Notes under the pieces: generated by a model
Databases searched by the model: none
The model's input: the letters and a program-made list of their open reading frames with translations, nothing else
Told to the model about the DNA's origin: nothing
Part shown: positions 28,147-53,010 of the stretch, in pieces
Numbering within the stretch: position 1 is the stretch's first letter
Layout: each line of letters opens with the position of its first letter
Assembly: GCF_009914755.1 (NCBI RefSeq)
Contig: NC_060925.1
Length of the DNA: 64,000 nt
Reading direction: 5' to 3' (one strand)
Source: the human T2T-CHM13v2.0 reference genome, Homo sapiens
Program-made: the position numbers and the translations under genes

Positions 28147-30110
28147 AAAGTATACTATTTTATTCTAATGCAAGTACTTTATAGCAGAGAATTCCCAATT
28201 CTTACTTCTTATCTCTGATAATACTGTCATTTGTTTCATACGCTTATATGCTACCATCACCCAATCCATTGTTACTATTATCATTATAAACAGTTATCTT
28301 TTAGATCAATTAAGAATAGAAAAAATAAAAATATATCTATTTTACCCTCATTTAGTTCTTCTCCAACACCTCCTTTCTTTATGTGGATCTGAGTTTCTGA
28401 CCTATCATTTTTCTGTACCTGAAGAATTTCTTGCCAGATAGTCTACTGGTGATAAATTCCCTCAGGTTTGTTTTCCTGTGAAAGTTATATTTTTCCTTCA
28501 CTTTTGAATGATGATTTTGCAGAATATAAGATACTAGGTTGATGTTTTTCTTCTTTCAACACTTTGCTTTATTCTCCTTTCTTCTTGGATGCATGATTTC
28601 TAAATAAAAGTCTGGTGTTCCTTGTTTTTCTACAGGTATGGTTTCTTGTTGTTTTGTTTTTTGTTTGTTTTTGCAATTTGAATATGATGTGGCCAGGTGT
28701 CATTTTTTTGGTGTTTATAGCTTCACATTATCTGAGATTCCCTGTGTTATAGTTTGGTGTCTGTCACTAATTTTGGAAAGTTCTGTGCCTTTATATTTCA
28801 AAGATTTTTATGCCTCATTCTTTCTCTCTTCTCTCTCTGATAATCCAATGATATGTAGGTTATACTTTCAGAAATTGTCCTACAGTTCTTGGATTTTTCT
28901 CTTCTGTTTAATTATTACTATTCTGTTTTTCTTTGTATTTTAATTTGGAAAAGTTCTACTGATATATATTCAAGCTCACTAATTCATTTCTTGGCCATGT
29001 TTGGTCAACTGATTAGTCCACCAAAGGCATTTTTCTAGTTGTAGCATTTTCTTAACATTCTTAGAGTTCTCATTTATCTGCTTTCATTCCCATTTGTTTT
29101 TGTACATTGTATATTTGTTATTAAAGCCTTTAATATATTAGTTATAATTATTTTAAATTCCTTATTTAATAATTCCAACATGTGTGTCATATTTGAGCCT
29201 GACCAGATGTTTACTTTTCCTCTTCATATCTTGTATTGTCTTCCTTTTAGCATGCCATATAATTTTTGTTGAAAGTTGAGCATGATAAATGAATAATAAA
29301 AATGATTGCAAAAATAAAAGTAATAGGAACTAAGGTAAATATGTCTTTAGTGTGAGATTTTATCTTAATCTGGCTAGAGCTGTAGGTTTCAGAGGTTTTA
29401 AATTAATCTAATGCCCTTGTTTTTGTCTCCCCTCTCGACCTCAGTCTTCACTAAGTACTTCTCAGAGATAATCTGTGTCTTGCAGTTCTTCCATCTATAA
29501 TCCACTGTTATGCTGGAGCCCATTGGTGTAATGGTAAAGTGTGGGGGAGGGGAAACATTCGATAATCTTATGATTAAATCTCAGCCCGAGTCCCTGGTCT
29601 GTGACTATTACAAGTGCTTCTTAGGTTTTTTGTCCCCCCACACCCCTTTTCACTGATGAGATGAGACAAGAAGGTTAAGGGGTGGGGGTTGGCAGCTGGA
29701 ACAAGAGAAATACATTTTCCTCAAGTAGGATAAGGCTCCTGTAAAGTCTTTTACTCTAAAAAGTATGTCTTTGTAATGGAGAACATGCTGGGGATATTTC
29801 ACAATGGTTTCTCTAACTCTCCTTTTGCCAGTCATGAGATCTTTTTCAGAACTTCAATATGAGGACCTGACAGGGTTTTCAGAGTAAAACTATAAAAATG
29901 TAGGCCTCCCCTGAGACTGTGGTCTGTAGCGCTTTCTCACTGTCATACTCACACACACTCAGCCTCCAATAATTCACCAAAATATGATTCCAATGGTTTC
30001 TCTGCTCAGTAAACAAATTTCATTTGTGACCTTAATTTCACTTGTCTCCAGATTTCAGGGTAGTAGTGTGCCCTGTGACCTTATATCTCTGATGGGTCTA
30101 AGGAAAGTAA
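28147..30110 (-). mobile_element. Continuation of the old L1MC/MD (ORF1 and 5' region)
   Basis: T-rich antisense L1M ORF1-like sequence (gataaattccctcag, atgtggatctgagtttctgacct); in register with the segment ending at ~20222. Confidence 0.7.
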
Positions 30111-31462
30111 TTAATTTGCAGTTCGATCAACTTTTTTTCCTTTGAATTATAGAGGATTGAATAATCAACTTCTTATTTTAAGGATGATAGTGATGTTTTC
30201 CAAGCTTTTTTTTCATGCTGGATCTGATTTCAGAAGTCTATATAGGGTAATATTTGTAAAAGCAACATTCTAGAAGAAATAACATGATAAATCCTTACAC
30301 TTAATATGTACTGGACACTGTACTATTTATATATGGTATATTATTTAAAAGATAAAACATATCTATAAGATAGTTGTCAGAAGACCTAGTATCCAGTACT
30401 GTATGCTTTTTACTAAGTCATGCTGCCTCATGTTTGAGAAACTTTGATCTCATATTTAAATAGAAAGACTTACAACAAATATTTTTTTCAGCAGAAAATA
30501 TTTTGGTCAGCAGGACTAAACTGTATTAATTACTGAAACATTGTTTGACAAGCAGACTCCATGTTGAGAAAAGACCTTGAGGCTTCTATCAAACTCTCTT
30601 TTTTCTTCTATTTGGTCTTTAAATGAGCTACATTTTGCTTATACACCTCCAGAATAAAACTGAAATTTTTTTTTTAATGAAATGACAGTTTATTTTTTAA
30701 AAAGATCAACTCTAAGCAACCGGGAAAATTTGCTCTTTAGAATATATTTCAAATAAAGAAAAATTTGAAAGGACAATTGCAGGACAGAGAAATCCTTACT
30801 AACGCAAGAGAATTGTACAAAAAAAAAGTCACAACATATGGCACTGTATTTTCTTCAGAAAAGCAAGCCTCCTGGGACCCAGTTCTTTGATACTAATCAC
30901 AACAGTAATTAGAGATGATGTTGGCTAGTGTTCTTGAATGTTTTCTATGTTGAGTACAAATATACAACTAACCAAGGTGTCTTCCTTTTCCCACCCCGTT
31001 GGTGGCCTGACAAGTTCATCTCTAAGGTTGGTTTCACTATTGCTAATGCTAGAGACTTGTCACACACATTTCCAACAATGAAACTGGAAAACTATTTATT
31101 TGAAAGCCTTTCTTTAATTATAGTTGTTTGGTCTCTAAGTAATAGTTCTGAGGTTTGCAGAAAAGTAAAACAAATAGTAGGAGATTTTAAAGCAAACTCG
31201 AGCATGTAAATGTGGGTTTGGCAGGTAAGCATCCAAACAAAAGAACTGCTCTATATTCAGAAACACTGGTGTTGAAATATTATGTGGATCAAATCTACAT
31301 TGTGACCGAGTTGTTTTCAAGTGTCAATGGGAAGATTTTAACCAAGAGAGCATGGGCAGTATTGATGGCAGAATTTTGTGTTGTAAATATAGGAGCCAGT
31401 CTAAGCAGGATGGAACTATATGATATGGAAGCCAATTAGGAATAAAAAACAAAAGGGATGGA

Positions 31463-38120
<6,658 letters not shown>

Positions 38121-38944
38121 TTTCTGATACTTCTCATGGAAGGCAGGAGCATGGAGAATAGCACGATTAGATGACAGAGAGCATTTTGTGAAAATTATAG
38201 TAGTAATTTCTTCTGAGAAGCCTAAAAGAATATTATTCTTTTTTACCAGTCATATTGGCCAGTGGGCAGGTTAATGTTATGTTAGAGGTTTACATGAAGG
38301 GTCAGCCTCATAAAGTTTCCCTGCTTACTGCAGTGCAATCCTCAGCAAGTCACTGGGAAACTCCCTAGTGGGGCTGCAGAGCAAACACATAGGCAGCACT
38401 CTGATCAATGGGTTGAGAAGCCTCCTAGGAACTGGGGGCCAAGAACACAGATGAAACAAAGCCCTGTTGGGTTGCCTGGTGTGCAGGCTGTAGTGTGGGC
38501 AGAATGAATATTTCAAACAAGGACAATGGAGCCTTATTATGGAAATGATGTACACTGAAACTTCTAAAGGTTGTCTGTAACGTTTTTCCTCTCTGAAGAA
38601 GTCATGCTTCTATAATAACATTTACAAAGTTTAACATTTTAACCTGGTTAAACACACTTTGCCTTTTTCCTTTTTTTGCTGTCAATAAGCATCTATAACT
38701 AGCAACAAAATTAAGTAAGGTCACAAGAAATTTTCTGAAACTTCTCATATGATGAATGTTCCTCAGAATAATGATGATCATGAAGCTAGAAATGTACTCA
38801 AGTTGATTCTCAATTATATGCACTAACAGAGAACAGCAATGGGGTAAACAATCCAAATTGAGAGAATGGTAAAAAAAATAATTTTTTGACTTTAGAAATA
38901 TCTTCTATGATTTGTCTCCAGAGTATGTACTTTCATAATTTTGA

Positions 38945-39430
38945 ATAATTTCTCTCCTTAAAAACTCTTCAACTGTTCCCATCAACTATAGGATAAAGTC
39001 CAATAATTCTTAATGTGCCCCTTGTGATCTGTGACCTCTCTGTTTCCATAGGTCTTTGTCCTCCAGTCATACTAAATTATTTGTGGTTTGTTAAATCTAT
39101 GCAGTTTTCAAATCCAGAAGCTAAAGTGTGGCTGATATTTCTTATTTCTCTTTTTCCACTTGGCAAGTTTTTACTCCCCTTCCATAATAAATTCAAACTC
39201 TCCTCTGTGAATATTTGTCCTCCCTGTAGCCTACTTACTGGGAGATACTAATGAGCTCTCCACTGTATTCTTTCAGAATTATTTTCCTACTTCTTTCTTG
39301 GAACTCACAGCACTATAGAACAACTGTCTACATGTGTCAGTTTTTCATCAAAAGTGTGAGCTACTTGAGGCCAGGGAACTGTTGGAATTCTCAGAGACCC
39401 CAAATAGCAGCATAATGAATGGTAAATGAC
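38945..39430 (+). mobile_element. L2 relic
   Basis: cttaaaaactcttcaactgttccc...aggataaagtcc...tgtgagctacttgaggccaggg. Confidence 0.65.
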
Positions 39431-39989
39431 CGAGGGGCTGAGTTATGAAAAGAAAGTACAGATTAGAACTCTGCAAGAAGAGAGATACTCTGGGATTTGT
39501 CTTTTATGTGAGAAAACCCACACAGTACATAAATCTCCCTGGAATAAATGCATAGTTAGAATTTTATATGTGCTTTTGCCTCCTAGATTATAGAGGCCAC
39601 AGAGACCATTTGTATTTTATTCTTCCCAAACAAACAAACCTCAGTTTTTCTAACATACTTGACAAGTGACTTTCAGGGAGGAGGCATTCACTGTCTCAAA
39701 AGGAAGACCACTCCATTCTTGAATGCTTATAATTGTGAAAATATTATTGTTTGTTGTTTGTTGTAAATCAAACCAAAATCTTTTTCTCTGTTAATTCATC
39801 TTTTCTCCGCCAGTCTTGGAGTCAGAACATGCCCTGACAGGCTAAAGAATAAGGTTAACTTGATTTCGTAAAACAAATCATCAAACATTTGAAATCTGAG
39901 ATCTGAGGTAAATTACCTAATCCCTCAAAGACCCATTGGTTTTTCTTTCTTTTTTAAATCTTTCAATGGAACCATTCTTTCAGATCTTT

Positions 39990-40080
39990 AAATAGCACTA
40001 ACCTCCCAGGGTTGTAATGATGACTAGATAAAATTAAACATGTAAAGAACCTAAAACAGTGCCAGGTAAATAACACTAAA
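39990..40080 (+). mobile_element. MIR fragment
   Basis: aacctcccagggttgtaatga...catgtaaagaacctaaaacagtgccagg. Confidence 0.65.
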
Positions 40081-40143
40081 AAGAAAAAATCTAGTTAAAC
40101 AACTCTTAGGTCTTTCAATAATTAACTACATAAAATGTCCCCC

Positions 40144-40431
40144 TTTTTTTTGTTTGTTTTTTTGAGACACAGTCTCGCTTTATAGCCCAGGCACGATCTT
40201 GGCCCACTGCAACCTCCACCTCCTGGGTTCAAGGGATTATCCTGCGTCAGCCTCCCACGTAGCTGGGATTACAGGCGTGCACCACTACATCTGGCTAATT
40301 TTTGTATTTTTAGTAGAGATGGGGTTCCGCCATGTTGGCCATGCTGGTCTCAAACTCCTGACCTCAGGTGATCCACCCACTTTGGCCCCCCAAAGTGCTG
40401 GGATTAGAGGCATAAGCCACCGTGCCTGGCC
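40144..40431 (-). mobile_element. AluS (Sx/Sz-like) with a small internal deletion
   Basis: ctcaaactcctgacctcaggtgatccaccc; poly(T) at 40144. Confidence 0.93.
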
Positions 40432-41689
40432 TATACAAAATTTTCTACAACATCCTGGCTACCCTCAAGTCCCTGCACTTCAGTTTATAACAGTCTCTCT
40501 AGTAACAGAGTGTCCAGAATGTTATGGGTCATAACAGATGTGGACAAAGTAGTGCAGATTCCAGTGGGATGATGTCCTTCCTTTATGAGACACCAATTTT
40601 CCATTACAGCAACAACATTTACATTCATTTTTTGGCAGCTTCGTAACACTATTGATTTATATTGAGTTTATAGTTGACTAAAACCCCTAGGTCACCTGTG
40701 AATGAAGTTCTCTAATCCAGGTCTCTATCATTCTAATCTTGTACAGTTGGTCATTTTGAAGGAATGTGTAACATTTTCATTTTAATCCAATTATCCTTCT
40801 TCTTGGGTTTAGCTTTTTCTTAACTTTCTCAAAGTACAAGGTCAACAAGATATTGGCAATCATTTTGTGCTTTTGCTGAGTGCACAGAATATAAAATAAA
40901 GAAAATAAAATTTTGACCTGAACTGTGGAAAGGATTAAATAGCACAGCATATATAAAATTCCAAGCACATTGCCTAGAATATAGGAAGTGTTTTATATTT
41001 AATACTTTTCCTTTATGTGATATTCAAATATGATAATCAACACTTTATATATTTTAGGCTAGGACCAAAGCAGAGTAGTTCTCAGTAATAAAAATCAAGG
41101 AAACATCAATCAACTATTAATGTTGTTTATGAATGGCCTTATAATCATCTATGAATCCATTTAATTCTACTCTTAACTTGCATTTTCTGGTTACTTTATA
41201 TTAATAACTAGCTTTGATTATGTTGTCCTTTGCAAAAAAGGCCTACTAACACTGGGGTACTCATTGTACACCCTCTTGTTCTGGCTGATGATTGTGTGTG
41301 TGGGCAGTGGAGAGGGGTGTCCCTCCTGATGATTGCCCAGGGCTCAAGCATAAGGGAAGTGCTTTGTTGGAAAGAACTGTTTTCTTCAGGCTTCTCTCCT
41401 CTCTTCAGAGCCCTTGTTTTCTCGTAGGTGCTTACTCTGTACCCCTTATCTATAAGGCATTGCCTTGATCAACATATACTGATTCTGCTAAAACATTAGT
41501 AACAGATTCAGGTTTCAATTCTTGTGGATATATTTTCTTTTTATTGAAAAACCATTGAATCTTTCATGATTCAAAAAAAAGATTCCAGGTCACTTAATTT
41601 TAGCAAGCTTTCCTGGCCACATGCAAAGTAGCACCATAGACTTAACAGTCTATTGAGAAAGGTGATAAATGATACTACATACCACATTA

Positions 41690-41830
41690 ACTCGTGCATT
41701 CAACAGATGCTTACTGATCATTTATTATATGTGGAGGCACCAAAGATAGGTGATAAACAAGACAGAGATAATCCCTCCCCTCATAATGTTCCCAGTGTAT
41801 TGAGGGAGATAGGCAATAAACAAATTAGCC
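41690..41830 (-). mobile_element. L2 3' relic
   Basis: cattcaacagatgcttactgatcatttattatatg...aaacaagacag. Confidence 0.6.
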
Positions 41831-42109
41831 CAAAAGAGGTGGTGATGAGACTTTGCAGGATAATATTTTAAGATACTAATTTAGTTTTTTAATGTTATAT
41901 TTTCCCTTTTCTCATTAATGCCCTAGGAGAAGTTTGTGACAGGAAAAAATAGGCTAACATGAAGTTTCTTCCCTGGCTTTTGTTTCCAAATGCCATTGGT
42001 AATTGAGGAACTCATGCTAGGTGTTTAGAAGGAAAGAGGAAAGGATGTGCCTCTGGAAAGTCAGGGAAAATAGGCTTCCCTTGAGAATTAAAGAAGTTCC
42101 CTTAAGTTG

Positions 42110-46285
<4,176 letters not shown>

Positions 46286-46287
46286 AA

Positions 46288-46783
46288 AAAATAACTGGTC
46301 TTCAAAAATGTAGGGTCATGAAAGACAAAGAAAGGAAGTACTATTTTAGATTAAAGGATACTAAAGGAACATGACAAAGAAATAAAATTAATTCTTGATC
46401 ACAGCAATTTTTTTTCTTTTGTTATATAATGCTCTAGCAGAACAATTTGCAATATTTGAATAATAGCTGTAGACTACATGGTAATATTATACCATTGTAA
46501 ATTTTCTGAGTTTGATAATAGTGCTGTAGTTAAGACAATGTCCTTGTTTTTAGTGAAAACGTACTGAATTATGTAGTGATAAAGAACTTTTTCTGCACAA
46601 TATTCTCTCAGTATGTATGTATACATACTACATATGTATGTACATGAGAGAAGGAAGATAGAAAGCAAATGTGATAAAATTTTAACATTTGGGGAAATTA
46701 GGTGAAAAATATAATAAATTCTTTGTACTATTTCTGCATCTTTACTGAAAATCTGAAATTATTCCAAAAAATTAAAATTAAAA
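46288..46783 (+). mobile_element. L1MC4/5-type 3' end
   Basis: gtcatgaaagacaaagaaagg...aagcaaatgtgataaaat...ctgaaattattccaaaa. Confidence 0.75.
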
Positions 46784-46999
46784 GAGTAAGTCGTAAACAG
46801 AGAAGATATTTATAATGCATGTATCTTACTAAGGACTTGAATCCAAATATAAAAAGATTTATATAACTCAAGAATAAAAAGATAAACCTATAAAAATAGA
46901 AAATATATGTGAATAGATAGTACAAAAATATTTGCCTGTAGCCAAAAAAAATACATAAAAGATTCAATGTTACTCCTCATCAGATTAATAACATTCTTA

Positions 47000-48700
47000 T
47001 CATTGTGTAGTTGTTTACTTTATTACTAATGACCCTTTTTCATTTATGGAGCATATTTCTAAAACTTTTATGGCTACCCTTCATTTCTTCGGGTTAGTGT
47101 TTGTGTTTCTACTTTTTTCCATTCATTTACTTTCATATTTTCTATAATTTTGTTTAGGTGTGTCTTTTAAAACATACCTTTAGCTAGATATTTTCTTAAC
47201 TAGTCTGATGACTCTGTCTTTAGACTGATGAATTTAGTAATTTTACATTTATGTGATTAATAATATCTTTAGAATTAAGTTTGCCATCTTTTTTCAGCTT
47301 TATATTTCCCTTGTGTTTCCATGTTTCTTTTATCTAACTTTCCTGCATTCTTTAAATTGATGTTTCATTTTATTTTTATTCTTTATTTTAAAAAATTATA
47401 TACTGTATTCATATTCTCTTACTTCTAAACCTTTAATATAGTATACTTAAAATCTACAGTTAACATTTCTACACTTCAGTATAATACACATATTTCAGAA
47501 CTCTTTTAACTCCAGTAATTCCAACTTCGTATTGTCTGTCATGGGTAGTCAATATCATCTTTAGTCTCTATCATTTTATGTAGAGATTAATATTACTGTT
47601 TACACAGCCAATATTTGTTAAGAATGATACATGTGATTTTTAAAGTTATTCACTCACCATGCTTTCTTATATCTCACATCATTATAACCTGATTATTTTC
47701 CTTTTTTCCTTAACTACCACCTTGAGAATTTCCTTAAGTCTATACTTGACAAATTCTCATCTGAAAATGACTTTATTTTAACCATATCCCGGATTGATAA
47801 TTTTACAGGGTAAAGAATTTTATGTTGATAGTCATTGTCCATCAGCTATTATTTTTCTTTCTTGTGGTTTTTATCATTACTATGAGAAAGTCACCTTCTA
47901 GTATAGTTGATTGTTGATGGCTAAATTTAAGATTTTCTGGTTGTCTGGTCTCCTGCAGTCATCTACTGAGGTTTCATTTCTGCCTTTTGAATCTGATAAT
48001 TCTTACACTTAATCAGTCTGGAATCTTCATTCTCTCTTATTGTTGTCTTGCCTCCATTCTCTCTATTTTTTCCCTTTAAAAATTTAATTAGGTGTATCTT
48101 TGAATAACTATTCTTATCTTTATGCCTGTTAACATCTTTCTAATTTTCCATTTCCTTTATTTCTGTACTTCATTTGACAATTTCTTTTGATTAATCTACC
48201 ACTTAACAAATTTACTCTTCAACCACGTGTATTCTTTTGTCTACAACATTGGTTTCAAATTCATTCCAATCATTCTATATATATTGCCGTTTCTAGGAGT
48301 TACATGCAGTACTTTTTCTGAAGGTACTATCTAATCATTTTTATGGTATTTTTTTCATTACTTATGCTTTGAACCCACATTTTGTCTCTTTAATCATTTT
48401 TAATATAGTCATTTTATATTCTTTGCTTAATTATTCTAAAATATAAAACTTTTGGAGGAGTTTAATTATTCTTTATATAATTTTTTTCTTCAATTCTTTC
48501 TCATACCTTATTTCCTCATGTGATTTTAATTTTGGTTTGTATGAGTAACTGAATCTGTGAAATATTTGGAGTATGAACTGAGGTATAGTGCTCTAGAGAG
48601 GCTGTGTGCTTGTTACTGCCAGGCACTCTGGGCATGAAAAATCTAATTCTACTTTAAAATAATGTTTTCACTTGAGATTTTTGTATCACTCAGGCACACC
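47000..48700 (-). mobile_element. Highly degraded L1ME-type ORF1/ORF2 region
   Basis: T-rich antisense L1-like motifs (acaaattctc, ctgaaaatgactttattt). Confidence 0.5.
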
Positions 48701-48757
48701 CACATAAGGATAGCACTATAGCTACAAATTCTCCATTACCTGAAGATATAGGCTTTC

Positions 48758-49066
48758 AGCCGGGTGCAGTGGCTCACGCCTGTAATCCCAGCCCTTTGGG
48801 AGGCCAAGGTGGGCAGATCACGAGGTCAGGAGATCAAGAGCATCCTGGCCAACATGGTGAAGCCCCGTTTCTACTAAAAATACAAAAATTAGCTGGGCAT
48901 GGTTGCACGCGCTTGTAATCTCAGCTACTTGAGAGGCTGAGGCAGGAGAATCGCTTGAACCCGGGAGGCAGAGGTTTCAGTGAGCCGAGATTGTGCCACT
49001 ACACTCCAGCCTGGAGACGGAATGAGATACTGTCTCAAAACAACAACAACAACAACAACAACAAAA
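48758..49066 (+). mobile_element. AluSc with (CAA)n tail, joined directly to an L1
   Basis: gatcacgaggtcaggagatc...catcctggccaac and the shortened cctggagac motif. Confidence 0.9.
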
Positions 49067-50286
49067 AAACTGGATCCCTTCCTTACACCTTATTAAAAAA
49101 TTAACTCAAGATGGATTAAAGACTTAAATGTAAGACCTAAAACCATAAAAACCCTGGAAGAAAACCTGGGCAATACCATTCAGGACATAGGCATGGGTGA
49201 AGACTTCATGACTAAAACACAAAGGGCAACGGCAACAAAAGCCAGAATTGACAAATGGGATCTAATTAAACTAAAGAGCTTCTGCACAGCAAAAGAAACT
49301 ATCATCAGGTTGAACAGCCAACCTACAGAATGGGAGAAAATTTTTGCAATCTATTCATCTGACAAAGGGCTAATACCCAGAATCTACAAATAACTTAAAT
49401 AAATTTACAAGAAAAAAAAACAACCCCATCAAAAAGAGGGTGAAGGGTATGAACAGACACTTCTCAAAAGAATACATTTATGCAGCCAACAAACATGAAA
49501 AAATGTTTATCATCACTGGTCATTAGAGAAATGCAAATCAAAACCACAATGCGATACCATCTCATACCAGTTAGAATGGTGATCACTAAAAAGTCAGGAA
49601 ACAACAGATGCTGCAGAGGATGTGGAGAAATAGCAATGCTTTTACACTGTTGGTGGGAGTGTAAATTAGTTCAACCATTGTGGAAGACAGTATGGAGATT
49701 CCTCAAGGATCTAGAACTAGAAATACCATTTGATCCAGCAATCCCATTACTGTGTATATACCCAAAGGATTATAAATCATTCTACTATAAAGACACATGC
49801 ACACTTACGTTTATTGCAGCATTGTTCACAATAGCAAAGACTTGGAACCAATGCGAATACCCATCAATGATAGACTGAATAAAGAAAATGTGGCATATAT
49901 ACACCATGGAATACTATGCAGCCATAAAAAAGGATGAGTTCATGTACTTTGCAGGGACATGGATGAAGCTGGAAACCATCATTCTCAGCAAACTAACACA
50001 ATAACAGAAAACCAGATACCACATGTTCTCACTCATAAGTGGGAGTTGAACAATAAGAACACATGGACACAGGAAGGGGAACATCACACACGGGGGCCTG
50101 TCGGGGGGTGGGGGGCTAGGGGAGTGATAGCATTAGGAGAAATACCTAATGTAGATGACGGGTTGATTGGTGCAGCAAACCACCATGGTACATGTATACC
50201 TATGTAACAAACCTGCACATTCCGCACATGTACCCCAGAACTTAAAGTATAATTTAAAAAAAATAAATAAATTTAAAAAAGAAAAA
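49067..50286 (+). mobile_element. 5'-truncated L1PA6/7
   Basis: ORF2 3' part, 3' UTR gtagatgacgggttga...gtaccccagaacttaaag, A-rich tail; TSD AAGATAT(A/G)GGCTTT shared with the Alu (48743-48756 / 50287-50300). Confidence 0.93.
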
Positions 50287-50859
50287 AAGATATGGGCTTT
50301 TTAATGATATTCTCAGTTCCAACACTACCTCAGGTGGGTCCAAGGCCTTGCCTGCTTCCCCATATAGCTATTACATTAAAAACAAAAACAAAAACAAAAT
50401 GAAAAACAGGTTTCTGCTTCTCAAAGTAAGTTCAACATCAGTTTCTGTTTATCACATTGATAGACATGTCCTTCTTCAGTATTTTCCTACTTTTCTTTTC
50501 CTTGCAAATTCATCTAGGGTTTTGATTTTCAAGTTTGGCAATTTCAACTGTTTGGTAATAAAATTTTTTCTGAATATCTAGACTACCTATTTTCAGAAAT
50601 CCATCTCATAGTTGTTTAAATTTCAGGGTTATATTTACATTAGTGGTGGAGAGTTTATTCACTTCAACTAGCTCATGATCAAATACTGTCATTTTCCAAT
50701 GAATGACCCTCATTTTGAGTTTCTTGTTTGTTTATTCTTTTTCATTTATTTATTATTTTGTTTGTTTAATTTATTTCTCTCCTCTTATTCTCGTTCTGCA
50801 CTTCACTTTTCTTCTTTTCTAATGGTCATTTATTTGAAAGTGTTTAAGGTCTCTTCTTT

Positions 50860-51270
50860 CATTTTTAGGTTTCCCTGTAAAACATGCAATATTATTTTGC
50901 ATGTGTATGTTTTACCTGACATTGATGTTATTACACTTTAAACTTTTGATTTTTACTCTCTCACTCAAGTTATGTTTCTGTGGTCTATCATTTTGGTCTA
51001 TATATCTATACGCATCTGTTCCTTTGCCTTCAACTGCTTTACAGCATTTATAGTGAACACTCACTATTAGTGACAGTTACTTAAATTGCCCCCAACTTTC
51101 TTTTACTACAAATATTGTAGTGAATACTCTACTACATGTTTTCTAATGGGCACATAAAATTTTCCCTGAAACATGTAAGGAGGAGAGACATTCCTAGTTT
51201 GTATAATGCTTGTATTTTTAATTTGGCTGACTACTGACACAGTGCCCTCTCAAATACCTGTACCAGTCTA
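50860..51270 (-). mobile_element. L1ME-type 3' relic
   Basis: Degenerate antisense L1M motifs (ttttactacaaatattgtagtgaatactc). Confidence 0.45.
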
Positions 51271-52544
51271 CACACCCCCACTGTGTGTCTTCACCCCTCC
51301 AATAGATTTGAAGGAAGCATCTTGTCCCACTCATCTTTCTATCTCTTACGATTTACTCAGCTCCTGGAACATAGTCATGGCTCAAAACATTCATAAACTT
51401 TAGCAGAAACTCAGTCCATGGAAATGCAAAAAAAAAGTAATTTCTAAATATTTGAATGATCTGATACCTAAGTAACAATTTTCATAAAATGAGAACATAG
51501 TATGAGCAGTTTCTTTTTTACACTTAATCATTTTGTTTTAGCTCACATTCTAATACAGGGAAATTACTAAAACTATTGCTTTCTTTCCGCTATTGGATTA
51601 CTCTAGGGTGAATTATTGACACAACAAATACCTAGTTCATGTTATATGCTGTTTAAAAAAAGATCGTCTGAAGTTAATAATTCAGCTCACCTTTCAAAAC
51701 ACTCTTGCTTTCTGCTTATCGTTTTGCTTCATTATGATGATTTAGTTATTCACGGAACTTTGTTTTCTTTCCTGAAACCAGGTATATTAAAGAGGAGGTT
51801 ATGTTGTTGTATAACAAAAAATATTTTAAATTCAACCTATTTAAAATGCAACCTCTAGTCTTGACAGCATCTTTTAAAATGTTGTACTTTAACGAACTTG
51901 AGGTTTCTACTGAGAAAGTTAATTTCTTTCTCTGTGTTGGTATATGTCCTAGCTTTAGGGCAATAAACATAAATAAATACTACTTTTTCAAAGATCTTGT
52001 TGCTATTGAGAATTGATGTCTAATAGACATCCTAAATTCAAACACCTCATTTCATAAAGCGTGAGACCATAATGCTTCCTAACAATAGTTTGTGACTTTG
52101 AGGTGTGTAGAGATAATTTGTAGAAATAGCATTTAACATTCACTTCTATTTTCTTTATATATATATATTTTTTCTTCTTTCTTTCTAGATAAATTTTCTC
52201 AGCATAATTCATTTTCTTAAGATATATACCTTGTGCTTTTATGTGTGTACCATTTTCAGAGCTTTTCATAAACCTGAACTAATATATATCCCTTTGTAAC
52301 ACAGTATACCAATAGTTGATTCTCATTCAAACTGTGGATTAAATATCTGTTAATAAAATATTTTTGTGGGTCATTGCTTTATCTCCAATTTCAAGTAATA
52401 AATAAGCATTTAAATAAAAGCAATAGGTCAAAATGTTGCTTGTAGTTATTCTTTTAAAATATCAGAGGGATTCATTCCTACCTTGTTGCAGGTGGAGTAC
52501 ATAATGATTTTATTGAAAAAGGCTTGCTGGATAGAGGATACATC

Positions 52545-53010
52545 CTTCTGAAACAGAAACCCAAAATAAAGTGACTTAATGTCATACAAGTTCACTTCTG
52601 TCACATGTAACAAACTAGATTGAAGTATCTCAGGCTGGTATGCAGGTTCTGCTGTGTCTAGGACTAGATTTCTTCTATCTTGTTACCATGCCATCCTTAG
52701 AAACTTGCTTTATATCCATTGATCCAAGAGGAATCACCACTATATCTATGTTCCAGTTGGCAGGAGGGAGAAAGGATAAGGGAAGGGGTGGGGGAGAGAC
52801 ATGCATCCTTTGAAGGTCAGGATTCAGAAGTTGAAATTATCATTTCCAATCAAACCCTTTTCACCACAATTTAGTCATGTGGCCACACATAACTGCAATA
52901 GAGACTTGAAATGTATAATCTTTATTCTGGGTGGTCATGTAAAATTCAGGAGCTCTATTAAAATAGAGAAAGGGAAGAGTAGATAATTGGAAAATAACCA
53001 GCCATATTCT
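52545..53010 (-). mobile_element. MLT1 (J/K/L-type) MaLR LTR
   Basis: agtgacttaa...ttcttctatcttgtt...ttagtcatgtggccacacataactgcaa...ctttattctgggtggtcatgt. Confidence 0.75.

Larger units (their letters stand above)
39660..40870 (-). mobile_element. L3/CR1 relic interrupted by MIR and Alu
   Basis: cattcactgtctc...ccattcttgaatgcttataattgtg... and ttttggcagc...atattgagtttatagttgactaaaacccctagg resemble antisense L3. Confidence 0.55.

Noticed and set aside
38360-38385. CTCF-like motif TCCCTAGTGGGGC
   Set aside because: Several mismatches at core positions; not supportable from sequence alone
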